Part shown: positions 1 to 12,060 of the stretch, piece by piece | Numbering within the stretch: position 1 is the stretch's first letter | Layout: every line of letters starts with the position of its first letter | Assembly (NCBI GenBank): GCA_965215335.1 | Contig: CBDCDA010000002.1 | Location: 1,152,001 to 1,216,000 of the forward strand | Reading direction: 5' to 3' | Origin: an uncultured Candidatus Entotheonella sp. | GTDB lineage: Bacteria; Tectomicrobia; Entotheonellia; Entotheonellales; Entotheonellaceae | Length of the DNA stretch: 64,000 bases | Notes under the pieces: generated by a model | What the model saw: only the letters and a program-made list of their open reading frames with translations | Told to the model about the DNA's origin: nothing | Databases searched by the model: none | Program-made: the position numbers and the translations under genes

Positions 1-603
1 GGCCACCGTACGGTTGGATTTCAGGGCGATGACGAAATGCTTGCCCAAGCCCTGGCGAATGAAGTTCAGGTTGTCTTTGGCTGAAAACCAACTGTCAGCC
101 AGCACGTAGCGCCAGGCCAACTGATTGCGCTGGCACACAGCCAGCATGCGGCGCAGGTGTTCATTCTTCGAGCGGTTGCTTTTGCGCTTCAAGGTTCCCG
201 TTTTCGCATCACGGTAGACGATGGGTTTGCCGATGAGTTCACAGGCCACGGGCAGGGTGGTGCCTTGGGCGTGATAGACACAGTCAAGCAGGTTGATGCC
301 TTTGACGGTGCGGTTCTTGCTGTGGTCGAAGTGCCAAGCGATGAGTTCGTTTTCGTCCGTACAGGGCTTTTCCTCAATGGTGTCGTCGAAGATGAGGACG
401 CCTCCGGCGTCTTCAATCTCACGCACCATGGGCTTGACGAGTTGCCAGAGGGTCTTGGAGTCAAAGTCTTCTTGGGCTGGAAAGCGGGTTATCTGGTCAT
501 GGCTGAGGGAACCTTCGAGCAGGTCGGACAGACCTGTTGCGGTGGTTGCGCCAAAGGAACTCAAGAGGTAATCGCTGTAGAGGTCTACGAGTTCTCTGTT
601 CAT
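1..603 (-). mobile_element. IS701-like DDE transposase, 5' part (runs off window start; not in ORF track)
   Basis: Manual translation from ATG at 603 is open to base 1: MNRELVDLYSDYLLSSFGATTATGLS...SHDQITRF...GVLIFDDTIEEKP...HFDHSKNRTVKGINLL...YVLADSWFS...HFVIALKSNR. The DD and ADSW motifs fit IS701/IS4-clan transposases. Confidence 0.85.
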
Positions 604-633
604 GGTCCCTCGTCCTGTTCATGACTTAAACGG

Positions 634-646
634 TGCGTAACATCAC
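634..646 (-). repeat. Possible left terminal inverted repeat of the IS701-like element
   Basis: Reads GTGATGTTACGCA on the minus strand ~30 nt upstream of the transposase start. The partner end is outside the window, so it cannot be confirmed. Confidence 0.35.
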
Positions 647-1020
647 TGACTCATAATCGGGGGCCTGCGAGGCCCCGTTCGGCCGTCCATGCTGAACCTA
701 CCGGGGCTCACGTTGTCGTGGCTTCACTCAGGTCGATCAGGTCGTCCACGTGGAACATCGTCAGCTCGGCCACGTGCTCCACGGGCCAACACTCGGTGTC
801 GAGCTTCATGCAGTGTATTGTCCAGGATTTCACTGTCTCATGCAAAGCTGAAGCTGCCGACAGGAGGCAGAGCGAACACCAGCGAGAAGATGGAAGAAGC
901 AGACGCGAAGGCGTTGCGTGTGGGGGACGTTACGGCGCATAGTAATGAAGAAAGACAGCGGCGCTACTGAAGCGCCACCATGGGCATACGTCGCGCGGGC
1001 CTCGGGAGGCAGATGCAGAT

Positions 1021-2556
1021 ATGGAAGACAAGGAATCACCCGAACTCGCTTCTGGAAATTACCGTATCAAGGTTGAAGACTTCGGGCCAATCGTCCGCGC
1101 GGACGTAGACTTGCGACCGCTTACGGTGTTCATCGGTCCGAGCAATACGGGGAAATCCTACTTGGCAATCCTGATCTACGCGCTGCATCAATTTTTCGGC
1201 GCCGCCAGCGGGCCATTCTACTGGTCCAGAATCCGTTTGCGGAGAAGACTTCTGGCGCTTCCCGCCCTTACAGCCCTTAAGCTCAACACGCCAGTACGAG
1301 AGAGTTTGACGAACTGGCTGGCCGGCATGCTCGAGAAAAACCCGACGCCATCATTGCCAAAAGACGTTGATGCAGTAATCCGACCCATCCTGGAACACCC
1401 TGGAGTCGAAGGACAACTGGAAGAAGAAATACGTCGTTGCTTCGGCGTGGCGTCCCACAACGACCTCGTTCGACGACCGGGTCATCACGCCATCGCTAAA
1501 ATCGGCCTTGCTATTCCGCAAGAAACCGGATCACAAGCAGTTCGTTATGGTTTTGAGTTCGGACAAAGAAGCGAACCTCGTTTCTGGGGGGAAATTCCCT
1601 TTGCCGAACCCATGACAATCGGAGAGGAAATCTCTGGAGATCTGTATTTTGAGGCTCAGCGTCTAACGAGGACAGATGATTCAGGGTTTTCCGAAGACGA
1701 CAGGCTTGATTCTGTTTGGTCGTCACTGACGCATCATCTCTTTTGGTCGGTGACCCTCCCCTTGACTCGTAACGCCTTCTATTTGCCAGCCGACCGAACG
1801 GGCGTCATGCACAGTCACCAGGTCGTGGTGAGTACCTTGATTCAGAACGCCACGACGGCCGGCTTACGTCCTTCCGCCGACGTTCCGCTGCTGTCAGGCG
1901 TGTTGGCGGATTTCCTGAACGATCTGATATTGCTGAGCGAGAGGCGCTTGCCAAGGTCGTCGGTGAGGTTGGCGGAAATCCTCGAACGCACGATGCTGGA
2001 AGGTAGCATCAAGCTGAATCGCACCCATAGCAGCCATCCTGTCTTTACATACAGGCCCACCGGCTGGAAAAGTGACCTGCCTCTCATGCGAACCTCTTCC
2101 ATGGTGTCCGAACTTGCACCTGTCGTGCTCTACCTCCGACACCTCGTGCGCCCGAGCGATCTGCTGATAATCGAGGAGCCTGAATCCCATTTGCATCCCG
2201 CGATGCAAGCCGCATTTGCTCGCGAACTGGTACGACTGGTTCGCGCTGGGATTCGCGTCATCCTGACGACTCACAGTGAGTGGTTCCTCGAACAGTTGGG
2301 GAATCTGGCGCGCCTCGGCATGTTGCCTGAGAAGAAACGTAAGGGGACGGCGGATGCCGATTACGCCCTTCGTCCAGGGGAAATAGGAGCTTGGCTATTC
2401 GAGCGGAAGCAACGCCCGAAAGGTACGTTGGTCAGAGAGGTAACCTTAGACTCTGAAACGGGGCTTTTCCCTACTGATTTCGAGTTGGTAAGTGAGGCTC
2501 TTTACAACCAAGGCGCCGAGATCTTCAACCGATTGCAAGAAAGCGCCGACGAGTGA
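1021..2556 (+). CDS. ABC-like AAA ATPase (AAA_15/AAA_21 type)
   Basis: Walker A GPSNTGKS, degenerate signature SSMVSE, Walker B/D-loop LLIIEEPESHLHP, H-loop LTTHS. No transmembrane partner. Confidence 0.9.
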   Translation: MEDKESPELASGNYRIKVEDFGPIVRADVDLRPLTVFIGPSNTGKSYLAILIYALHQFFGAASGPFYWSRIRLRRRLLALPALTALKLNTPVRESLTNWLAGMLEKNPTPSLPKDVDAVIRPILEHPGVEGQLEEEIRRCFGVASHNDLVRRPGHHAIAKIGLAIPQETGSQAVRYGFEFGQRSEPRFWGEIPFAEPMTIGEEISGDLYFEAQRLTRTDDSGFSEDDRLDSVWSSLTHHLFWSVTLPLTRNAFYLPADRTGVMHSHQVVVSTLIQNATTAGLRPSADVPLLSGVLADFLNDLILLSERRLPRSSVRLAEILERTMLEGSIKLNRTHSSHPVFTYRPTGWKSDLPLMRTSSMVSELAPVVLYLRHLVRPSDLLIIEEPESHLHPAMQAAFARELVRLVRAGIRVILTTHSEWFLEQLGNLARLGMLPEKKRKGTADADYALRPGEIGAWLFERKQRPKGTLVREVTLDSETGLFPTDFELVSEALYNQGAEIFNRLQESADE

Positions 2557-3011
2557 ACGGACTTGTTGCCAAGGTCAGGAATGTTGTTCCTCCGGCCTGT
2601 CAGACTTCCAGGCACAGCAAGGACGGTTGCTCGGTTTCGATGAAAGGCGCACCAACTCCCCGTGTTACGGTCGACATGGACTGCAAGAAGCTCGGCTTCC
2701 AAGGCAGCCGGTGCGACTACTTATTTGTCGGCGAGCATCAGGACAGCGCATGGGTGGTTCCTATCGAATTGAAAAGCGGGAAGGTCAGGACCAGCGAAGT
2801 CAGGGACCAGTTACAAGGGGGCGCTCAGTTCGCCCAGACGTTACTCGCTGCTGGGGATCAATTCAATTTCGTACCAGTCCTGGTGCATGGCAAGTCCATC
2901 CACCGACTGGAACGTAACTAATTACGCCAAGCAAGAATCAGCTTGCGAGGCAAAATACAACAACCCAGGTTGATCAAATGCGGTGAGCCGGTGACCAGAG
3001 TTCTGAACTAG
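2553..3011 (+). pseudogene. Small PD-(D/E)xK-like nuclease partner of the ATPase, interrupted by in-frame TAA at 2919-2921
   Basis: GTGA overlap with the ATPase stop; motif RCDYLF...VPIELKSG. After the TAA the frame continues 29 codons (LRQARISLRGKIQQPRLIKCGEPVTRVLN) to TAG at 3009-3011. Confidence 0.6.
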
Positions 3012-3029
3012 GGTGTACAGCCCGCGGGT

Positions 3030-3482
3030 TTATGCTTGAAGTTCCGCCAGACATGCCTGCCAGCGGCGCGACAGCGTTTCGAGGCACTGCTGTGCCGAGT
3101 CCGTCCGTCCGTCGCCGTGCTGAAAGACCGAAGCGCTGGGGTCGGTCAGACTTCGTACCGCGGCGCGCAGACGCGCCTGGGCCTGCTCCATCTGGTCGGC
3201 CAATTGCGCCACGGTGCGCCCGGTAAAACGGCCGACCGCGCGGGCGTCCATCTCATCGTCTGGGGCGTAAATGCGAACCGGCGCACCGCCCGCGGCTGCC
3301 GACTCCATGCCGTCGGCGGCCGTTGCGCTCCACCACACGAGCTGGCACAGCGTCTCGCGCGGCCCATACGCCCCCATTCTGATCTTGCCCTCGGCTTCCA
3401 ACTGACGAAGTCGTGTCAAGCCCGTCTCGACCTGCTCATCCAATGCCGCGATCAGGTCGTCAAGCGATAGCGTCTCGGTCAT
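3030..3482 (-). CDS. Helical hypothetical protein, DinB/DfsB-like four-helix bundle
   Basis: 150 aa from MTETLSLDDL, helical pattern, good sigma70 promoter upstream. Confidence 0.6.
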   Translation of the reverse strand: MTETLSLDDLIAALDEQVETGLTRLRQLEAEGKIRMGAYGPRETLCQLVWWSATAADGMESAAAGGAPVRIYAPDDEMDARAVGRFTGRTVAQLADQMEQAQARLRAAVRSLTDPSASVFQHGDGRTDSAQQCLETLSRRWQACLAELQA

Positions 3483-3552
3483 GTGAAGCATCCTCTCGCA
3501 AGGTCCCGCCTTGGTCGTTTGGCAGCATACGTGAGCCTGGATTGATCCCGTT

Positions 3553-3581
3553 GTTATAGACGCGGTATTGGCGGGTGTCAA
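3553..3581 (-). promoter_or_regulatory. sigma70-like promoter for the DinB-like gene
   Basis: TTGACA-17 nt-TATAAC on the minus strand. Confidence 0.65.
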
Positions 3582-3615
3582 CAAGGACGGGCCTGTCAAA
3601 AGGCCGCAATATGTG

Positions 3616-3644
3616 TAGACATTCGCAACCGGATGGGCTATAGG
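3616..3644 (+). promoter_or_regulatory. sigma70-like promoter upstream of orf-norCBQD
   Basis: TAGACA-17 nt-TATAGG. Confidence 0.45.
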
Positions 3645-3726
3645 AACTGCATATGTTCGACATGAATTCGGGCGCCGATTCGCTGGCCGGAACGGTTGTC
3701 GGCGGGCCGCCAGAGGAGGCAACACC

Positions 3727-4083
3727 GTGGAAGAGCGAACGATACTTGCGGCACTGGGGAATATCGTGGATTCTCTTGGGACGCTGTCGCTCGTCGCGAC
3801 AGCGCCGGACGACCCCTTGGCGCTGCCGGAGCCCCCAGGACCGGAGCAAATCGCGGCGTATGAGGCGCACGTCAGGGTGGTCAAAGATCAAGTGGATGCG
3901 GGCTACCATCCCCTGCTGGCCATGTCGGTGCGGGATTACCAGGCGGGCTACGCCGACCGCGCGGGGCTGTATCTGCTGGAGTTTCTCGACAAGCTCAAGG
4001 AAGAACCCGGCCATGCCCGGAATTTTTCCGCCGAGGGCCAGCGCGCCCTGGCCATGTATGTCGCCGACCTGCGGGAGCTTTGA
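3727..4083 (+). CDS. Hypothetical protein (118 aa) upstream of norC
   Basis: GAGGAGG RBS before GTG; high-GC3 codon usage; ends 28 nt before norC. Confidence 0.7.
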   Translation: MEERTILAALGNIVDSLGTLSLVATAPDDPLALPEPPGPEQIAAYEAHVRVVKDQVDAGYHPLLAMSVRDYQAGYADRAGLYLLEFLDKLKEEPGHARNFSAEGQRALAMYVADLREL

Positions 4084-4111
4084 TGTTCCGTGGCCTGGGA
4101 GGTAGGATCAC

Positions 4112-4843
4112 ATGCTTTCGAAATCCGCCGCACGGGCGTTCTTTCTGATCGGTACCATCGGGTTCTCGGTCATTTTTCTGGCGCTGACGCTCGACACCAT
4201 CCGTCGCGTGCCGGATCAGACCAACGCCGCCAACCTGACGCCGCAGGCGATTGCGGGCAAGCACCTGTGGGACAAGAACAACTGCATGGGCTGCCACACC
4301 ATCCTGGGGGAGGGGGCCTACTATGCGCCGGAACTGACCAAGGTGTACGAGCGGCGCGGGCCGGCGTTCATCGAGGCGATGCTGCGCGACCCGGAGGCCA
4401 TGTATCCCGGGCAGCGGCGCATGGTGACGTACGACTTCACGGACGAGGAGGTGGCGGCCATGGTCGCCTTCCTCAAGTGGATCGGCGAGATGGACCTCAA
4501 CGGCTTTCCACCGGAACCCACCCTGCTTCCCGTGGCGGTGCCGACGCCGGCGGTGGGCGCGTCCGTCGTCGCTGCGGTTGAGCGCCCCAAGGTGTTCAAC
4601 CAGCTCTGCATCGCCTGCCACAGCCTGGGCGGGCAGGGCGGCGTGGTGGGGCCGGCGCTGGACGACGTGGGCAGCCGCCTCGGCTACGACGCCCTGATTC
4701 CGTGGCTGACCGACCCGCAGAAGATCAAGCCCGGCACGGCGATGCCGAAACTGCCGCTGTCCGGTGCCGACATCGTCGAGCTTGCCTCCTTTCTGTCCCA
4801 GATGAAGCAGCAGCCCGGTGCGGTCAGGGAGGACGCCAACTGA
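4112..4843 (+). CDS. norC: Nitric oxide reductase cytochrome c subunit with an extra C-terminal cytochrome c domain
   Basis: N-terminal TM helix; NCMGCHTILGEGAYYAPELT NorC motif; second CIACH after a Pro/Ala/Val linker. Confidence 0.93.
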   Translation: MLSKSAARAFFLIGTIGFSVIFLALTLDTIRRVPDQTNAANLTPQAIAGKHLWDKNNCMGCHTILGEGAYYAPELTKVYERRGPAFIEAMLRDPEAMYPGQRRMVTYDFTDEEVAAMVAFLKWIGEMDLNGFPPEPTLLPVAVPTPAVGASVVAAVERPKVFNQLCIACHSLGGQGGVVGPALDDVGSRLGYDALIPWLTDPQKIKPGTAMPKLPLSGADIVELASFLSQMKQQPGAVREDAN

Positions 4844-6192
4844 TGAAATATCAATCACAGCGAATCGCCTACTATTTCTTCGCGGTATCGATGCTGCTAT
4901 TGTGCCTGCAAATCCTCTACGGCTTCATCCTGGCCTTTGCGCACGTGGGCTACGACGTGCTGCACGCCGTCATTCCCTTCAACGTGGCGCGCGCCACCCA
5001 CCTCAACCTGCTCGTCGTCTGGCTGCTCAGCGGCTTCATGGGCGCGGCGCACTTCATCATTCCCGACGAGACCGGCCAGGAACTGTATTCGACCCCGCTG
5101 GCCGTGGCACAGCTCGTCAGCCTGGTGCTCGTCAGCGTCACTGCCATCATCGGCTTTCACTTCCAGTGGTGGGAGGGGCGGAAATTCCTCGAAATCCCGC
5201 GCCCGCTGGATTACCTGGTGGTGGTGAACGTCCTGATGTTCATCTTCAACATCGGCATGACGCTGTGGCGGAGCCGCCGCCGCACCACCACGAGCATCGT
5301 GCTGTTCATGGGGCTGCTGTCGGCGGCGCTGCTGTACCTGCCGGGCATGATCGACACCACCAACCAGACGATGGACTCCTACTGGCGCTGGTGGGTGGTG
5401 CACCTGTGGGTCGAGGGCGTGTGGGAGCTCATCATGGGCGCCATCCTGGCGTATCTGCTCATCAAGCTGACCGGCGTGGACCGCGAGATGATCGAGAAAT
5501 GGCTGTACCTCATCGTCGGCCTGACGTTCCTGTCCGGCATTCTGGGCACCGGGCACCATTACTACTACATCGGCACGCCGAGCTACTGGCTGTGGATCGG
5601 CGGCATCTTCAGCGCCCTGGAGCCGCTGGCCTTCTTCGGCATGGCGGTGTACGCGGTGGCCATGGTGCGGCGTGGCGGGCGGCGGCATCCCAACTCCCTG
5701 GCGCTGTCGTGGACGGTGGGCTGCGCCATCATGTCGTTCGTCGGCGCCGGCGTGCTGGGCTTTGCGCACACGCTGCCGCAGGTCAACCTGTACACCCACG
5801 GCACGCTGGTGACCGCCATGCACGGGCACCTGGCGTTCTGGGGCGCCTACGCCATGCTGGTGCTCGGCATGATTTCCTACGCCCTGCCGCTGCTCACCGG
5901 GCGCAAGCTCTACAACACTGGCATTTCGGCGTTTGCGTTCTGGACGTCCAACATCGGCATGGTCAGCATGACGGCGGCGTTCGCCGTAGCGGGTGTGACG
6001 CAGGTCTACCTCGAACGCCGGGTGGGCATGGATTTTCTCGCCGTGCAGGCGGAACTGGTGGTGCACTTCTGGGGCGTCGTGCTGGCGGCGGCCCTGTTCA
6101 GCGCCGGCATCCTGGCCTACGTCTACACCTTCGTGAAGTCCGGCTGGCCGGTGGGCGAGGTCAACGCGTCGGCGATTCCCGAGTACGCCTGA
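4843..6192 (+). CDS. norB: Nitric oxide reductase large subunit (cNOR)
   Basis: ATG overlaps norC stop (TGATG); VVHLWVEGVWE, GTGHHYY, SALEP and MHGHLAF ligand motifs. Confidence 0.96.
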   Translation: MKYQSQRIAYYFFAVSMLLLCLQILYGFILAFAHVGYDVLHAVIPFNVARATHLNLLVVWLLSGFMGAAHFIIPDETGQELYSTPLAVAQLVSLVLVSVTAIIGFHFQWWEGRKFLEIPRPLDYLVVVNVLMFIFNIGMTLWRSRRRTTTSIVLFMGLLSAALLYLPGMIDTTNQTMDSYWRWWVVHLWVEGVWELIMGAILAYLLIKLTGVDREMIEKWLYLIVGLTFLSGILGTGHHYYYIGTPSYWLWIGGIFSALEPLAFFGMAVYAVAMVRRGGRRHPNSLALSWTVGCAIMSFVGAGVLGFAHTLPQVNLYTHGTLVTAMHGHLAFWGAYAMLVLGMISYALPLLTGRKLYNTGISAFAFWTSNIGMVSMTAAFAVAGVTQVYLERRVGMDFLAVQAELVVHFWGVVLAAALFSAGILAYVYTFVKSGWPVGEVNASAIPEYA

Positions 6193-6200
6193 GCGGTGCG

Positions 6201-6974
6201 ATGAGCGTTCCTTACTACCACCCCGTCCAGCGCGAGGTGGAGGTCTTCGAGCACGCCTATCGCAACCAGTTGGCGCTGATGATCAAGGGTCCCACGGGCT
6301 GCGGCAAGACGCGTTTCGTGGAGGCGATGGCGGCGAAGGTCGAGCGCCCCCTGGTGACGGTGGCCTGCCACGACGACACCACCGCCACCGACCTGCTGGG
6401 CCGCTACCTCGTGGAGGGCGGCGATACCGTGTGGCAGGACGGGCCGCTGACCCGCGCCATCCGGCAGGGCGCCATTCTGTACCTCGACGAGATCGTCGAG
6501 GCGCGCGAAGACGTGGTCGTGGTGCTGCACACCCTCGCTGACCACCGCCGGCAAGTCTACCTCGACCGCCTGAACGAGACGCTGACCGCCCCCACCGAAT
6601 TCATGCTGGTGATCAGTTTCAATCCCGGTTACCAACGCGGCTTCAAGGAGCTCAAGCCGTCAACGCGTCAGCGCTTCGTGGGTCTGAGCTTCCAGTACCC
6701 CCAGCCGGCGATCGAGGCCGAGATCGTGGCGCAGGAAAGCGGCATCGATCTGGCCATGGCCAAGCGCCTGGTCGCCTTCGCCGGCAAGGTGCGAAACCTG
6801 CAGGAATTCGGCCTCAGCGCCACCGCCTCCACCCGCCTGCTGGCCCACGCGGGCCGCCTGATGCACACCGGCATGCCGCCGCGCACGGCGTGCCACGTCG
6901 GCGTCATCGAACCCCTGACCGATGACGACGACATCCGCAGTGCCCTGCAAGACACGGCAAACCTGATCCTGTGA
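6201..6974 (+). CDS. norQ: CbbQ/NirQ/NorQ AAA+ ATPase
   Basis: GPTGCGKT, YLDEIVEAR, SFNPGYQ, ELKPSTRQRF; directly after norB. Confidence 0.95.
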   Translation: MSVPYYHPVQREVEVFEHAYRNQLALMIKGPTGCGKTRFVEAMAAKVERPLVTVACHDDTTATDLLGRYLVEGGDTVWQDGPLTRAIRQGAILYLDEIVEAREDVVVVLHTLADHRRQVYLDRLNETLTAPTEFMLVISFNPGYQRGFKELKPSTRQRFVGLSFQYPQPAIEAEIVAQESGIDLAMAKRLVAFAGKVRNLQEFGLSATASTRLLAHAGRLMHTGMPPRTACHVGVIEPLTDDDDIRSALQDTANLIL

Positions 6975-8929
6975 GCTGGGACGAGGCGCTCTTCCGATTC
7001 GCCTGGAAGCTCAAGCGCAGTCGCCGTCAGGCTGCTGCCGAGCCTGTGCGCCAGCGGGCCGCCCGGCTTGCCGACCTGAAAACCTCGCTGACCCTGGTGG
7101 CGCGCGCCCTGAGCGGCGAGGCCCTGGAGATTCAGGAAGCCGAGCACGTCGGCGGCTACGCCGGCGAGGTCATCTACCTGCCCCGAACCATTCACCTGGC
7201 GCCCACCCCTGACGACAACGCCCGCGTTTACCTGTACCGCGTCGCCTATGCCGTCACCTCGCGCCGACTGGCCTTTACGCTGCCGGTGGGTGCGGGCGGC
7301 CTGTCCGTGGGCTTCCGTACTTTCTGTACACTCGTGGCCGTGCCACTGACCCGGCGGGCGCTTGAAGCCGCCATGCCGGCTTCCCGAGACCTGTTTCAGG
7401 AATTCAGCTCCCTGGCGTTGCGGGACCGCCCGCCGCCCGCGGCGATGGATACGGTGGCGGCGCGCCTGGAAGCGCTGACGCAGGCGTTGCTGGGACGGGA
7501 AGCCGACGTGTCGGAGCCATTGTCCGGGCTGCTGTGGCACATCGTTTGCGCCTCTCGGCCCTGCAATGAAAACGCGCTGCACGATCTCTGGCGGCAGTTC
7601 CGGTACGGGGCACGGCGCGCCGCACGGCGCGCCGTGCGGCCCTTGATTCTGTGGGGCCAGCTCATGCCGTTGCGCTCCGAATCTCGTCCTGTTACACCGG
7701 GAAGTCCGCAGCAGCGCCTCGCCGCGTCGTCCTTTCCGAGCGGCACCGAAATGCCCGGAAAACCGAAAGAAGACGTGCGGCGCGTCGTCCTGGATCAACA
7801 GGACCTCGACAACGACACCCTCATCCATACGTTCGAGAAGATCGAAACCGCCGAGGAGTTCGGCGGCGTGACACGAACGCCGGACGGCGCCGACGAACTC
7901 GCCCATCACGCCGACGCCCTCGACGAGCTCAACATGCGCGAGGTGGTGCAGACCTCCATCCCGACGCACTCCGTATACAAGGCCGACCTGCGGCTCGGTG
8001 ACGACACCGGCGACCTGGAGGCCGCCGAACCCCAATCCGGTGTTGCCTTCGCCTACGACGAATGGGACGGCAGGGCGCAGCGCTACCGGCCCGCGTGGTG
8101 TACGGTGTACGTCAACCAGCCGACCGTCCCTGCGGGCACTGATCAGACGGCGGCGGCCGTTCTGCGCAAGCACGCTCGCGTGGTGCACGAGGTGCGCCTG
8201 CTGCTCGACAAGCTGCGGCACAAGCGCCTGCTGCGGAACCGGCAAAGCGAGGGGACGGACATCGACGTTGACGCGGTCGTTGACCGCTATGCCACGGTGC
8301 GCGGTGGTCAGCGACCCGACGACCGGCTGTACCTGGCGCAACGGCGGCAGCAGCGCGATCTGGTGACCCTGCTGCTGCTCGACATGAGCGCCTCGACCGA
8401 CGCCTGGATAGAGGGCTCGCGCGTGCTCGACATCGCCACGGAATCGGCGCTGGTGCTGGGGGAGGTGTTGTCGCAGTGGGGGGATCGCGTCGGCATGGCC
8501 GGCTTCTACAGCAATACCCGGCGCGACTGCCGGTTCGTCATGCTGAAGCCGTTCGACGCCGACTGGCATCGCAGTCGGGCCGCGCTCACGGGTCTCGAAC
8601 CGACGGGCTACACCCGCATCGGCCCCGCCGTGCGCCACGGCACCGCGCTGCTGCAAGGCCAGCGGGCCACCAGGAAGCTGTTGCTGCTGCTCAGCGACGG
8701 CAAGCCGATCGATTACGACCGCTACGAGGGGCGCTACGGCATCGCTGACATTCGCCAGGCCATTCGGGAGGCGCACCACAGCCGCATCCACACCTACGCT
8801 CTGGCCATCGACGTGCAGGCCAAGCTCTACCTGCCGCCGATGTTCGGCAGCGGTTCGTTCCGCATCCTGCCGCACCCGACCCATCTGGTGCGCGGCTTGT
8901 CGGAGGTGTACGGCCAATTGGCGCGTTGA
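6971..8929 (+). CDS. norD: Nitric oxide reductase activation protein (VWA domain)
   Basis: YDEWD motif, MIDAS DMSAS, YTRIGPAVRH, LSDGKP; GTGA overlap with norQ. Confidence 0.93.
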   Translation: MSWDEALFRFAWKLKRSRRQAAAEPVRQRAARLADLKTSLTLVARALSGEALEIQEAEHVGGYAGEVIYLPRTIHLAPTPDDNARVYLYRVAYAVTSRRLAFTLPVGAGGLSVGFRTFCTLVAVPLTRRALEAAMPASRDLFQEFSSLALRDRPPPAAMDTVAARLEALTQALLGREADVSEPLSGLLWHIVCASRPCNENALHDLWRQFRYGARRAARRAVRPLILWGQLMPLRSESRPVTPGSPQQRLAASSFPSGTEMPGKPKEDVRRVVLDQQDLDNDTLIHTFEKIETAEEFGGVTRTPDGADELAHHADALDELNMREVVQTSIPTHSVYKADLRLGDDTGDLEAAEPQSGVAFAYDEWDGRAQRYRPAWCTVYVNQPTVPAGTDQTAAAVLRKHARVVHEVRLLLDKLRHKRLLRNRQSEGTDIDVDAVVDRYATVRGGQRPDDRLYLAQRRQQRDLVTLLLLDMSASTDAWIEGSRVLDIATESALVLGEVLSQWGDRVGMAGFYSNTRRDCRFVMLKPFDADWHRSRAALTGLEPTGYTRIGPAVRHGTALLQGQRATRKLLLLLSDGKPIDYDRYEGRYGIADIRQAIREAHHSRIHTYALAIDVQAKLYLPPMFGSGSFRILPHPTHLVRGLSEVYGQLAR

Positions 8930-9012
8930 ACGCGCCATCATGGTGCTGCTGCGAATCCGATGGTGTGTTATGGTGGGAGACGCGGCAGTTTTCTCATACA
9001 AAGGAGACGAAG

Positions 9013-11851
<2,839 letters not shown>

Positions 11852-11928
11852 ACTTCCTCCCATTCTGATTGCAGGTACACGAGAGCGGCACTCAACAGTT
11901 CCATGCGAATTGCCGATGTCTTCCGTTG

Positions 11929-12006
11929 GTCATTGCCGGCGGAAGCCGGAATCCAGCGGTCTGGGCTACCAGGAAATTCCTGGACTCCGGCATCCGCCGG
12001 AGTGAC
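11929..12006. repeat. Intergenic palindromic REP/RIP-like element
   Basis: GTCATTGCCGGCGGAAGCCGGAATCCAG ... CTGGACTCCGGCATCCGCCGGAGTGAC, imperfect inverted arms. Confidence 0.75.
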
Positions 12007-12060
12007 GTGGATTTGCCAGCGAATGGTGGGCATCGGCGGACGGACGGACTCGGGTCTTCC

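Noticed and set aside
157..624. 155-aa plus-strand ORF
   Set aside because: Antisense shadow of the IS701-like transposase.
689..1039. Short ORFs between the IS and the ATPase
   Set aside because: No motifs or convincing RBS; probably decayed sequence.
2919..2921. In-frame stop as possible recoding
   Set aside because: It is TAA, not TGA or TAG, and not at a catalytic Cys position; a nonsense mutation is simpler.
4702..4842. Extended NorB N-terminus and 718-aa NorQ from the ORF track
   Set aside because: Upstream extensions overlap norC/norB; true starts at 4843 and 6201 match family lengths.
6668..9001. Long antisense ORFs (also 14327-16099, 16176-18080, 24709-26400, 38179-40521, 52616-54616)
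   Set aside because: Shadow frames of real genes, expected in high-GC DNA; no recognisable motifs.
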